Shown here piece by piece: positions 50,670-60,118 of a stretch of DNA of 64,000 bases (its first letter is position 1; every line of letters starts with the position of its first letter). Below the pieces are notes generated by a model. The model was not told the origin of the DNA and did no database searches. It saw nothing but the letters and a program-made list of their open reading frames with translations. The translations under genes and the position numbers were made by a program. This DNA comes from Bdellovibrionota bacterium (GTDB taxonomy: Bacteria > Bdellovibrionota_G > JALEGL01 > DATDPG01): NCBI GenBank assembly GCA_963668355.1, contig OY764265.1, positions 2,400,001-2,464,000 of the forward strand. The letters are read 5' to 3'.

Positions 50670-50684
50670 GCAATCTTGATGCCA
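50670..50684 (-). promoter_or_regulatory. Sigma54 (-24/-12) promoter for the pilin genes
   Basis: Minus strand TGGCAT-CAAGA-TTGC; ends 14 bp from the GTG at 50656. Confidence 0.75.
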
Positions 50685-50801
50685 AGCGTAAGAGGCTAAA
50701 TTTAAGGGGTTTCCGAAAGCGGTGGTTCGATTTTCGGACGACGTTGACCAGATTTCGGCCACGGGCAATAATACACACACATTTTTTCGATCGAGGCGGA
50801 T

Positions 50802-51890
50802 ATGCAGATACTTTTGGTTGAATCAGATTCGGGTAGGACGCAAGAACTCACTTCGGTGTTTACGGACCTAAATTACGAGGTTCTTCATTTGGGGTCCCAA
50901 AAAGGGGCCAAGGAGGCTTGTGAAACGCGCGATGTCCGCGTCGTGTTGGCATCAGTAGATGGCGAAGCCAATGGATTTGAACTCTGTGCGGAGCTGAAAA
51001 AAGAAAAAAAGACCCAAGGGTTGCCGGTGGTCTTGATGGGGCAGGCGCCCGATGCAAAGGAACGCTTCTTAGCCTTTGAAAAGAAGGGGGGGCAGGTTGA
51101 GGCCTTTATTCAAGTTCCCACCCCCTCGGAAGACATTGTGGACCATGTAGAGACGCTCATCGGTTTGCCGGAACCTCCAGAAGCTCTTGGGGCGTCTGAA
51201 CTCAGCTTTCCGGGAAGTGAATCACTGTCTGTGGCTCCGGACGGAGAGGTGTTGGAGCTTCGAAGAGAAGTGGAATCTTTGCAAGAGCAGATCAATTTTT
51301 ATCAAAAACAACTCGAACAATTGTCCATGAGTGGAGAGAAGGAAAGCCATGAAATGGACAATGTCCTGCATGAACTTCAAGAAGATTTGGAAAAGGAACA
51401 AAAAGCTAAATCGGCGCTTCAAGATGAATTGACTCTGTTGAAATCGGACCTTCAAGGCAAGGATCAGGAAGCGCAAGAGAACGAAACCAAGAGGCTCCAA
51501 GCCCAAGAGGCTCTAAAAAAAGAGACGGAGCGTTTAAATGGCGAATTAGAAGCTCTCCGGGCGACCTTCAATGAAAGCAATGAGAAACACAAAAAAGCTC
51601 AAGCGGCTCTTCGGGAATATTATAAGCCCAAAGTGGCCAAGATGAAGAAGCTCCAAAAGACCGTATCGAGTTTGGAAGAGAGCATTTCTGAAAACGCCGA
51701 GAAGATTAAGGCCTTAAAGGCGAGGGCGGAGGACGCCGAAAAAGAAGTCGAAAGCTTAAAGAGTTCGGCTGAAGAAGCCCAGGAACTCCAAAAAGAAGTG
51801 GAAGAGCTTCGCGCCGAAGTTCTGGAAGAACGAGAAAAGTCACAGAAAGCCAAGGATGCCTTAAAGAAGTTAAAGGAAGTCTTTGAATGA
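50802..51890 (+). CDS. Atypical receiver domain fused to a long coiled coil
   Basis: 'ILLVESD', 'NGFELC.ELK', 'LPVVLM' receiver fold; E/K/Q-rich heptad C-terminus. Confidence 0.75.
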   Translation: MQILLVESDSGRTQELTSVFTDLNYEVLHLGSQKGAKEACETRDVRVVLASVDGEANGFELCAELKKEKKTQGLPVVLMGQAPDAKERFLAFEKKGGQVEAFIQVPTPSEDIVDHVETLIGLPEPPEALGASELSFPGSESLSVAPDGEVLELRREVESLQEQINFYQKQLEQLSMSGEKESHEMDNVLHELQEDLEKEQKAKSALQDELTLLKSDLQGKDQEAQENETKRLQAQEALKKETERLNGELEALRATFNESNEKHKKAQAALREYYKPKVAKMKKLQKTVSSLEESISENAEKIKALKARAEDAEKEVESLKSSAEEAQELQKEVEELRAEVLEEREKSQKAKDALKKLKEVFE

Positions 51891-52192
51891 GTTTGTTTCA
51901 GTATCATATTTTTGTTTGTGAGCACGAGAGAGAGCCGAATCATCCCAAAGGGTCATGCAAGGGACGAGGCTCTGCGGCTCTTTTAGATGCTTTTCGAGAG
52001 GAAGTGAGCCGAATGGGTTTGGCACCTGTCTGTCGTGTGAACAAGGCGGGATGTTTGGGGCTTTGTCGAGTCGGTCCGACCGTGGTCATTTATCCCCAAG
52101 GAATATGGTATGGCGGGGTTGCGCCGGAAGATGTTCCTGAAATTGTCAAAGCGTTATCTCAGGGAGAGGTCGTTGAACGGTTGAAAGCCTAA
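51887..52192 (+). CDS. Thioredoxin-like [2Fe-2S] ferredoxin
   Basis: 'HIFVC', 'GSC', 'GCLGLC..GP..VIYPQGIWY'. Confidence 0.9.
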   Translation: MSLFQYHIFVCEHEREPNHPKGSCKGRGSAALLDAFREEVSRMGLAPVCRVNKAGCLGLCRVGPTVVIYPQGIWYGGVAPEDVPEIVKALSQGEVVERLKA

Positions 52193-52201
52193 AGAGACTT
52201 T

Positions 52202-53263
52202 TTACTTTCGTTTTTGGTTGTAGAGTTCCTTGGCCAGTTTTTGAAGTTGGCTGGACACATTCTTGTTCTTCGCAATTTTTTGCAGGTCACTGATGTGTAA
52301 AACGCGCACAAATTTGAGGGCTACGGGAAAAGGGGTCTTGGGATTATTGGCCAGGGCTACTTGCAGCGTATAGTTTCGGGTCCAATCGGGGGTGCGTGCA
52401 ATAATGCGAATGACCTCATCGTTCACACTTCGCATCTGTGCGATGGCTAAAATTTCTTGTTCGGTGATTTTGGGGCTTTTCACTACGGAAGAAGAAACGA
52501 TTTTATTGGAATCTTTGATGAGCAGTCCTCTGGCCTCTTTGTTTCCTTTCAGAGCCAATTTGACCTTTTCCGATACAGTGAGGTTCTGGACGAGTTGATA
52601 GAGCGATTGTTTTTTCTGCTCGACTTCGGGATCGTCCTCGTCCATTTCCTCCACGAGGGTTTCAGGTAAGGACTCGGGACCTGTGGGTTCTTCTGCCTGA
52701 AGGATGGCGTTGATTTCATCCCTCGTAAGTTCGGGAGATTCCCCTTGGAGATTGACTCCGTTGATACGAAGAAACGACACCATCGTATCCAAAGTAGATT
52801 TAAGAGCGTTTGGATTCTTCTTAAGTTTCTCGGCAATGGCCGGACTTCGAAGCAAGCGAACCTGGTTTTGGGCAATCATGTTCGCATGTCGCTCATTGGT
52901 TCTCTCGGCCAAAAATAGAAATGTGTCGTCTGTCGTCGAACGGTTAAGGAGAATGTTTTCAATGATGCTTTCGTGATCGGTTTTTTCTTTGGCAAAGAAG
53001 TCCAGCGTTTTGGGATGGGCTTGGCCTTTGACGATTCCTTCGATCATATTGTCGGGCATTTCCAGGAGACTCTTTTGGGCGGCTTCTCGAATTTCCTCAT
53101 CCGCATCCCCGAGAAAAAACGTAAGGGCCGTGGCCAATACTGGCGGTTGCATAGGGACTAGCCCCTTAGCAGCCATCATGCGGGCGCTCTTGGGAGCATC
53201 GGGTTTTAAATACTTTTCGATGGAAGGGGGAATTTTAATTTTGTTGGCAGGGGAAGTGGACAA
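52202..53263 (-). CDS. Hypothetical helical-repeat protein
   Basis: 353 aa ORF with 'KVKLALKGNKEAR.LL', 'LANNPKTP' repeat-variant motifs; function not recognised. Confidence 0.7.
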   Translation of the reverse strand: MSTSPANKIKIPPSIEKYLKPDAPKSARMMAAKGLVPMQPPVLATALTFFLGDADEEIREAAQKSLLEMPDNMIEGIVKGQAHPKTLDFFAKEKTDHESIIENILLNRSTTDDTFLFLAERTNERHANMIAQNQVRLLRSPAIAEKLKKNPNALKSTLDTMVSFLRINGVNLQGESPELTRDEINAILQAEEPTGPESLPETLVEEMDEDDPEVEQKKQSLYQLVQNLTVSEKVKLALKGNKEARGLLIKDSNKIVSSSVVKSPKITEQEILAIAQMRSVNDEVIRIIARTPDWTRNYTLQVALANNPKTPFPVALKFVRVLHISDLQKIAKNKNVSSQLQKLAKELYNQKRK

Positions 53264-53279
53264 AGCAGAATCCCTTAAC

Positions 53280-53753
53280 TCAACTGGGTTTCGTGTTCTT
53301 TTTGTAGGTCCACTGTCCGAGTTTTTTATTGAGCCAATGGTCTCGACTCAAAAATCGAAGCGTGGGTTTTCGGCGAAAGCCCAATTTTGACCATTCATTG
53401 AGAATCTTTCGATTTCCTTTGTCGATTTGGAGGCCTTTGGCAAATGCGCCAATGGCCGCGCGTTTATTGTTTTGCAGAAGATAAACCACCCCGATGTTTC
53501 GATAAAATAGGGCATCCGGAATTTGGCTATCGATCGCCATTCGACAAAACTCCAGGGCTCGGGCCACTCTTTTTTCGACAAGCCCCGTCGTATAACCGAG
53601 CCAAGAGTGAATCTTTGCGCTATTGGGGTCCAGTTCGTGCGCTCTCAAAAACTCTTTGTGAGCCTCCTCAAATTCCTTCTCTTCGCAAAGATCAATGCCA
53701 TGCTGACAGATCTGATCAGCTTCCCGTTCCTGTTCTCCCAAAATTTCAACCAT
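53280..53753 (-). CDS. TPR-repeat protein
   Basis: 'RAHELDPNSA', 'YRNIGVVYL..AIGAF.KGLQID'. Confidence 0.8.
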   Translation of the reverse strand: MVEILGEQEREADQICQHGIDLCEEKEFEEAHKEFLRAHELDPNSAKIHSWLGYTTGLVEKRVARALEFCRMAIDSQIPDALFYRNIGVVYLLQNNKRAAIGAFAKGLQIDKGNRKILNEWSKLGFRRKPTLRFLSRDHWLNKKLGQWTYKKNTKPS

Positions 53754-53824
53754 GGTTAACTAATAGGAATTACAGGCTTTTGCTTGTTTGTCAATTCTCA
53801 ATCCGTTCTTTGGCGGGAGGGGGG

Positions 53825-54610
53825 CTAGGCAGGGAGAACTCTTCGGATCTCACCCGAGCGAAACGCCCGTTGTTTTCCAGGAGAAATTTCCAACTGGAGG
53901 GAGCCGTCGGGATTGATGTTGCGCACGGTCCCTTTCACGGGGGCCGGGTCGAGCTGGATGAAGACGGTTTGATTTTGAAAAGCCAGATCTTGATTTAAGG
54001 CGTGTAAAAATGTCGACTCTTGGCCCAAGCGGAGGGCCTCCAGATTCGACTCAAATACATTCAAAAAAGCCGTCAGAAGGACGTCTCTCTCAATGTGGTA
54101 GCCTCGGGCCTCCAGAGTTGTGGCTGGAAAGATGAATTCAGATGGAATATTTTCGGGAAGACCCTGGAGGTTGACCCCTATTCCTAAAATGATCACGGGG
54201 GCATCCGTTCCTGAAAATAACTCGGCTAAAATCCCGGCATATTTCTGCCCTTCCAAGAGAAGGTCATTGGGCCACTTGATCTGTAGGTCCAAAACGCCCA
54301 TTTGTTTTAAAACTCGATGCATGGCTTGGGCAGCGGCCAATGTGCATAGAGGCAGTTTCTTCGGCGAAATGGCGGGTCGAAGAAGAATGGATGCCAGGAG
54401 TTGGTGGCCGGGAAGGGTTTGCCAAAGCCTTCCGGATCGTCCCTTTCCCTGCGTTTGTGTGTCTGCCAGAATCGTCGTCCCGTGATTCATGTTTTGACGT
54501 TCTTGTTTCAAGACGTCCTGAGTGCTCGTTGTTTTTGAAATGAAATAGGTGGGACGACCCAGTACTTTCGTTTTAAGGCCCTCCAGTTTCATCTCTTTCA
54601 AAGAGGTCAT
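53825..54610 (-). CDS. birA: Biotin-[acetyl-CoA carboxylase] ligase (no N-terminal HTH)
   Basis: 'QTQGKGRSGR.W', 'IKWPND', 'KYAGIL', 'GIGVN'. Confidence 0.93.
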   Translation of the reverse strand: MTSLKEMKLEGLKTKVLGRPTYFISKTTSTQDVLKQERQNMNHGTTILADTQTQGKGRSGRLWQTLPGHQLLASILLRPAISPKKLPLCTLAAAQAMHRVLKQMGVLDLQIKWPNDLLLEGQKYAGILAELFSGTDAPVIILGIGVNLQGLPENIPSEFIFPATTLEARGYHIERDVLLTAFLNVFESNLEALRLGQESTFLHALNQDLAFQNQTVFIQLDPAPVKGTVRNINPDGSLQLEISPGKQRAFRSGEIRRVLPA

Positions 54611-57271
54611 TTACGTTTGAAGGGAGGCAATGGAGGACTTCAGCTTTTGCACCTTTTCTTTTGCAGTGACCAATTTGGCTTCATCTTTTGCCACAATTTT
54701 TTCTGGCGCTTTGGATCGATATTTCGGATCCGCCAAACGCTTTTCAAGAAAGACCTGGTCTTTTTCGGCCTTTCCGAGCTCTTTTTGGAGTCGGTCAATC
54801 TCCGCTTGCGTATCCACTAGACCCGTCAGAGGAATTTCAATTTCCAGATCTCCCGCCAAACCGAGGGCGGTGGGGCCAGAAACTTTGGTTTGAGCAAAAG
54901 CAACGGATTCCAATCTTCCTAGGGCTTTTAAATAGCCCTCATATTTTTCTGCGATGTTCAATGCGTCCGGACGTTTTCCTTCAGCCAGGTGGATATGTGC
55001 CGAGACAAACTTGCTCGGAGGAATTTGGTTTTCCGAGCGGATGTTTCGAATGGCATCGACGGTTTGGGAAAGAACCGAAAACTCGTCCTTAGCCTCCTTG
55101 GAAACATATCCATCATGTTTGGGGTAGGGGCACAACATGATCGTTTTAGATTTTTTCTCGATGGGCAGTCGCTGCCAGAGTTCTTCGGTTACAAAGGGCG
55201 TGAGGGGATGCATGAGTCGAAGAATATGATCCAAGACGTGGATCATCGTGGACTCACACTCCATTCGAGTTTCGAGATTGGCACCTTCTTTGAAATGTGG
55301 CTTGACGAGTTCGAGATACCAGTCACAGAATTCATGCCAAGTGAATTGATATAAGGCCTCAGCAGCATCGCTGAAACGCATTTCTTCAATTCCGGAACGC
55401 ACGCTTTCGATCACTTCGTTCAATCGTGTTCGGACCCATCGATTTGGGAATGCATGTGGCGTGGGAGGGGTGTCGGAATAATGTTCCTGGCTCAAGTTGC
55501 TGAAGGCAAAGCGAGCCGCATTCCACAATTTCGTGATGAAATTTCGATACCCTTCAATTCGTTTCTCCGAAAGGGCGATGTCCCTTCCTTGTACCGCGAA
55601 CGAGGTGAGGGCAAATCGAAACGCATCCGTTCCATATTGATCCATGATCTGAAGTGGATCCACTACATTGCCCTTCGACTTGGACATTTTTTGGCCCTTT
55701 TCATCCCGAACAAGTGCATGAATGTGGACGGTTTTGAAAGGAACCTCTTCCATGAACTTCAATCCCATCATCATCATGCGGGCCACCCAGAAAAAGATGA
55801 TGTCAAAACCGGTGATTAACACCGAGGTTGGATAAAACTTCTTCACATCTGGAGTTTGCTCAGGCCACCCCAGCGTTGAAAAAGGCCAGAGGCCGGATGA
55901 AAACCAGGTGTCCAGAACGTCTGGATCTTGTTCGATGTTTTTGGATTTGCAGGCCTGACATTCGGTGGCGTCTTCTTGAGTTACGGTGAGTTCGTTGCAA
56001 TCTTTGCAATACCAAACCGGAATGCGATGTCCCCACCATAATTGCCTGGAAATGCACCAATCCCGGATATTGTCCATCCAATCCAGATAGGTTTTGCTCC
56101 AATTTTCCGGAACAAACTTCATTTTTCCCGAACGAACCGCATCCGCTGCGGGTTTCGCGAGGGATTCGATTTTCACAAACCATTGTTTTGAGATCCGGGG
56201 TTCGACCACGGCCTTGCATCGTTGACAGTGTCCTACAGCGTGTTTGTGAGGTTCTTCTTTTTGAAACAATCCTTTTTCTTTCAGATCTTGAACCACTTTT
56301 TTTCGCGCTTCTTGGACGGAGAGGCCAGCGTAGATATCTGCCTCCGAGGACATAAATCCTTTTTCATCAATGACCGTGATGAAGTCGAGTTTGTGTCTCA
56401 ATCCCATGTCATAGTCGTTTGGGTCGTGGGATGGAGTGACTTTTACAGCTCCGGTACCGAATTTCGGATCCACAAACGCATCGGCGATGATGGGAAACTC
56501 TCTTTTCAAGAGCGGGTGCTTGACGGTTTTTCCGACAATGTCTCGATAGCGATCGTCGTCCGGATGTACGGCAATGGCTGTGTCTCCAAGCATGGTTTCG
56601 GGCCGTGTTGTGGCTACCGTGAGTTTTCTTCCATCGGACAAAGGGTAGTCAAAATGAGTGAGTTTGCCATCCACTTCATGATGTTCCACTTCCAAATCGG
56701 AAAGGGCGGTGTGACAACGGGGGCACCAGCTGATGAGATACGTCGAACGGTAAATGAGGTTTTCATTATATAACCGAACAAAAACCGTTCGAACCGCTTT
56801 GGAGAGACCCTCATCGAGGGTGAATCGCTGGCGACTCCAGTCGCACGAGGAACCCAAACGTCGGAGTTGATGAACGATGTGTCCACCATATTTTTTCTTC
56901 CACTCCCAGACATTCTCGACGAATTTTTCACGTCCCAATTCATGTCGATTCGTTCCTTTTTCTTTTAAAAACCGTTCGACCACATTCTGAGTCGCGATTC
57001 CGGCGTGATCGGTTCCGGGAACCCATAGGGCAGCAAAGCCGTCCATGCGTTTAAAACGGATGAGTATATCTTGAAGTGTATTATCCAGCGCATGCCCCAT
57101 ATGGAGCGAGCCCGTTACATTGGGGGGAGGGATGACGATCGTGAACGGTTCTCGATCATCCTCTGCCTTCACGTGGAAATAGTTGGATTTCTCCCAATGT
57201 TCATACCAGCGTTCTTCAATGTTCGCAGGTTGATACGCCTTCGCTAATTCTGTGTTGTCACTCACTCGCAA
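54611..57271 (-). CDS. valS: Valine-tRNA ligase
   Basis: 'PPPNVTGSLHMGH', 'DWCISRQLWWGH', 'KMSKS'. Confidence 0.98.
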   Translation of the reverse strand: MRVSDNTELAKAYQPANIEERWYEHWEKSNYFHVKAEDDREPFTIVIPPPNVTGSLHMGHALDNTLQDILIRFKRMDGFAALWVPGTDHAGIATQNVVERFLKEKGTNRHELGREKFVENVWEWKKKYGGHIVHQLRRLGSSCDWSRQRFTLDEGLSKAVRTVFVRLYNENLIYRSTYLISWCPRCHTALSDLEVEHHEVDGKLTHFDYPLSDGRKLTVATTRPETMLGDTAIAVHPDDDRYRDIVGKTVKHPLLKREFPIIADAFVDPKFGTGAVKVTPSHDPNDYDMGLRHKLDFITVIDEKGFMSSEADIYAGLSVQEARKKVVQDLKEKGLFQKEEPHKHAVGHCQRCKAVVEPRISKQWFVKIESLAKPAADAVRSGKMKFVPENWSKTYLDWMDNIRDWCISRQLWWGHRIPVWYCKDCNELTVTQEDATECQACKSKNIEQDPDVLDTWFSSGLWPFSTLGWPEQTPDVKKFYPTSVLITGFDIIFFWVARMMMMGLKFMEEVPFKTVHIHALVRDEKGQKMSKSKGNVVDPLQIMDQYGTDAFRFALTSFAVQGRDIALSEKRIEGYRNFITKLWNAARFAFSNLSQEHYSDTPPTPHAFPNRWVRTRLNEVIESVRSGIEEMRFSDAAEALYQFTWHEFCDWYLELVKPHFKEGANLETRMECESTMIHVLDHILRLMHPLTPFVTEELWQRLPIEKKSKTIMLCPYPKHDGYVSKEAKDEFSVLSQTVDAIRNIRSENQIPPSKFVSAHIHLAEGKRPDALNIAEKYEGYLKALGRLESVAFAQTKVSGPTALGLAGDLEIEIPLTGLVDTQAEIDRLQKELGKAEKDQVFLEKRLADPKYRSKAPEKIVAKDEAKLVTAKEKVQKLKSSIASLQT

Positions 57272-57280
57272 TCCTCACAT

Positions 57281-57308
57281 AAAACGAGCCCTCTCGGGTG
57301 GCTCGTTT
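57281..57308 (-). terminator. Hairpin/terminator after the romR-like gene
   Basis: AAACGAGCC / GGCTCGTTT 9-bp stem; short T run on the minus strand. Confidence 0.55.
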
Positions 57309-57352
57309 GCCATAGCTTCGAACTTTGCTTAGTTATTCAACCACTTCGAAAG

Positions 57353-58741
57353 TTACGATGAATTCTTTGTCAGCCGTTCGAGCTCTTCCTTGATAATCGT
57401 TTCAGCCAAGTCGGGAACCACTTCCCAAGCGATTCGCTCTATTACCTGACGAAAGACCTTTGTGACAACCTCTTCGACTTGATCGGGGGATAATTCCACC
57501 GGTTTTGTTTCAACGCTTGGAGAAGCTGCTTCTGCAAGCGTTTCGATGGGGATGGAGTCTTCTGCGGTCGCTGGAGCCGGAGGTTCGATTTCCAACGGTT
57601 CTGAAGCGAATTCGGTTGAAGGCTCTTCCGCAAAGGAGGGTTCTTCATCCATGGGAGGCATTTCACCAAAGGAAATTTCAACACCCTCCTCAGGAACGGG
57701 TTCGGGAGTTGGGGCGGTTTCCGTCTGGGGAATGGCGGCCTCCGGCTGTTCGGATGGAGCGTCAAAACTGACGGTGGGTTCGGAAGCGCCCTCATCCGTC
57801 ACATCAAAGCCAAAATCGACTTCAGGTTCGATCATGGGTGTCTCGGTTTGGGGTGCAGAGGCGGGCGTTTCCACAGCTGTTTCCTCGCTGAAATCCCAGA
57901 ACTCACCTTCATTGGCTGCTTCTGCAGGAGTTTGAAGCGGTTCTGAAGCAGCTAGTGGCTCAGAGGGAGCGATGGGCTCCGGAGCTGGAGTTTCGGGCAG
58001 AGAAGGCGCGGGCGTTTCGCTAACTTTCGTGTCACTTTCCGGCGCATCTTCAAATGAAAAATCAAACACATCCTCGGCGGGTTCGAGAGGTTCTTCTGCG
58101 ACGGGCGCGGCAGTCGCCTCAGCCGGAGCTGGAGGTTCAATATCTAACATGGGCGCATCCCTCATGGGCTCCGGTTGGTCCGGGACAGCGGGTTCTGGAG
58201 ATGGTTGAGCTTGAGGTGCTTGTCCCGCAATGGTCGAAGCTGGAGAAGGAACAGGATCGGGCAACGGAGGTGCGGGTTGTTGAGCCGGGGGTTGTGGAGG
58301 GGAAGATACTGCCGTTTCCACTTGGGATGGAGGAACTGGGGCTTCCGCAGGTTGGGAAGGTGAAGCCACCGCTTGGCCGGATAGAAGGGTGTTGACTCGT
58401 TCAATCAGCGCTTGGGATTCAAAAGGTTTGATGACGTAGCCGTCTGCCTTTACGGCTTGTCCTTTCGCTTCGTCGTAGGCTTCATGTGTGCCCACCAAAA
58501 GAAGAACCGGCGTGGTTCCCAACTGGGGATCGTTTTTCACGGCTTCACAAACGGCATACCCGTCTCGTTTCGGAATTCCGGTGTGAACGAGAAGACAATC
58601 GGGTTTCATTTGCCGAACGCGGGAAAGTGCTTCTTCCCCATCGTTGGCATAGGCAACCTTGAAATCCTCTTGCGCAAATGTGATTCCAACAGATTTTTGG
58701 ATAACGATACTTTTGTCAGCAACTAATAGTGTTCTTGCCAC
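57353..58741 (-). CDS. romR: RomR-like polarity response regulator
   Basis: N-terminal receiver, long Pro/Glu/Ala linker, C-terminal 'IERIAWEVVPDLAETIIKEELERL'; adjacent to valS. Confidence 0.8.
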   Translation of the reverse strand: MARTLLVADKSIVIQKSVGITFAQEDFKVAYANDGEEALSRVRQMKPDCLLVHTGIPKRDGYAVCEAVKNDPQLGTTPVLLLVGTHEAYDEAKGQAVKADGYVIKPFESQALIERVNTLLSGQAVASPSQPAEAPVPPSQVETAVSSPPQPPAQQPAPPLPDPVPSPASTIAGQAPQAQPSPEPAVPDQPEPMRDAPMLDIEPPAPAEATAAPVAEEPLEPAEDVFDFSFEDAPESDTKVSETPAPSLPETPAPEPIAPSEPLAASEPLQTPAEAANEGEFWDFSEETAVETPASAPQTETPMIEPEVDFGFDVTDEGASEPTVSFDAPSEQPEAAIPQTETAPTPEPVPEEGVEISFGEMPPMDEEPSFAEEPSTEFASEPLEIEPPAPATAEDSIPIETLAEAASPSVETKPVELSPDQVEEVVTKVFRQVIERIAWEVVPDLAETIIKEELERLTKNSS

Positions 58742-58807
58742 GTGTAACCTCGGAAGTTATTGAAAGTACAGTCAAAGTATTTCGATGACCCGAGGAAAAG
58801 TCAAGCG

Positions 58808-58974
58808 AAGGAGTTTCGAACATGGAGATTTTTCTCAACGTGGAAAGCAGGAAGGAGGCAAGGTCTGGACGAAAGGAATACGTCAGGGGAGGGAACCTCC
58901 CCTCCCACACACACTTTCGCTCAGACCTTGCCTTCTTTCGGGTTTTTGGAGGAACAAACTCTACGGCTCTCCTT
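58808..58974 (+). other. Long imperfect hairpin (candidate structured RNA or palindromic element)
   Basis: 18-bp stem 58850-58867/58922-58939 enclosing AGGGGAGG-GAA-CCTCCCCT; weaker outer pairings extend to AAGGAG/CTCCTT. Confidence 0.55.
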
Positions 58975-59052
58975 GGAAAAAGAAAAAAAGAAGACGAAGG
59001 ATTTTGCCTTTTTGGTTGCAAAAGTTTCTGTAAAGAGGATTCTGCGGGGCTC

Positions 59053-59637
59053 ATGGGCAGGATTCGCATCATCAGCGGACAGTTTGGCGGGCGTTGGATC
59101 TCCGGGCCTCCGTCTGGGGTGGAAGTTCGTCCGATGTTCAATCGCGTGAAAGAGTCTTTGTTCAATATTTTGCGGGAGGAGATTCCTGGGAAAAAAGTCC
59201 TGGATTTGTGTGCGGGAACGGGATCGATTGGCATCGAAGCGTTAAGTCATGGGGCCGAGTCCGTTTTGTTTGTTGAAAAAGAACGGCGAAATATTTCTGT
59301 CATTCATGACAATTTGGCATCATTAAACATTCAGAAAAAGGCCAATATTCTCCAGGGAGAATTGCCCCAGGTTTTGACCAAACTCAAAGGGACGTTTGAT
59401 CTGGTATTTATTGATCCTCCCTTTCGCTCTGATGTGGTTTTTTCAATTTTGCCGGTTCTTTTGAAACAACGCTTGCTATTGGCGGAATCTTTGCTTGTGG
59501 TACAACGAGCCCGAAACGATCGAGAAGTGGTTTCTGAGAACTATGTTCTCACAAGGAAACATGAGATTGGAGATTCGGAACTTTTTTTCTTATCTCCGGA
59601 ACTCAGCTCGATCTTGAAGGAGAAAGAAAATGAGTAA
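59053..59637 (+). CDS. rsmD: 16S rRNA m2G966 methyltransferase
   Basis: 'RIISGQFGGR', 'RVKESLFNIL', 'LDLCAGTG..GIEALS', 'DPPF'; start at ATG 59053. Confidence 0.93.
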   Translation: MGRIRIISGQFGGRWISGPPSGVEVRPMFNRVKESLFNILREEIPGKKVLDLCAGTGSIGIEALSHGAESVLFVEKERRNISVIHDNLASLNIQKKANILQGELPQVLTKLKGTFDLVFIDPPFRSDVVFSILPVLLKQRLLLAESLLVVQRARNDREVVSENYVLTRKHEIGDSELFFLSPELSSILKEKENE

Positions 59638-60118
59638 GAACGTGGTCATCTACCCCGGCCATTTTGATCCATTTACGTTGGGGCATCTAAACATTGTGCA
59701 GCGTGCGTGTCGCGTGTTTGGAAGGGTAGTTGTGGCCGTTGCTGAAGAATCTCCGAAGAAGGCCATGTTTTCTACGGAAGAGCGATTCAGCATGGTGCAG
59801 GAAATTTTTCAAACCAACGAATCCGTTGAAGTCGAACTTTTACAAGGTCTTTTGGTGGACTATTTCAAAGAGAGAGAGGGGGGCATTTTGTTGCGCGGAA
59901 TTCGAACGGTTTCGGATTTCGAATACGAATATCAAATGGCCTTGGCTAACAAGACCCTCGACCCTCGTGTTGAAACCGTATTCATGATGACCGACGGTGC
60001 GTATTCCTATTTGAGTTCAAGTGTCATCAAAGAAATTGCACGTTTGGGCGGAGATGTTCGCCAAATGGTTCCAGCCAATGTGCTCAAACAAGTGGAGAAA
60101 AAATATGGAATTAAATAA
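59630..60118 (+). CDS. coaD: Pantetheine-phosphate adenylyltransferase
   Basis: 'YPGHFDPFTLGH', 'RGIR..SDFEYE', 'SSS.IKE'. Confidence 0.96.
   Translation: MSKNVVIYPGHFDPFTLGHLNIVQRACRVFGRVVVAVAEESPKKAMFSTEERFSMVQEIFQTNESVEVELLQGLLVDYFKEREGGILLRGIRTVSDFEYEYQMALANKTLDPRVETVFMMTDGAYSYLSSSVIKEIARLGGDVRQMVPANVLKQVEKKYGIK

Noticed and set aside
58822..59052. Long N-terminal extension of rsmD in the ORF track
   Set aside because: RsmD homology starts at ATG 59053; the extension runs through the hairpin region.
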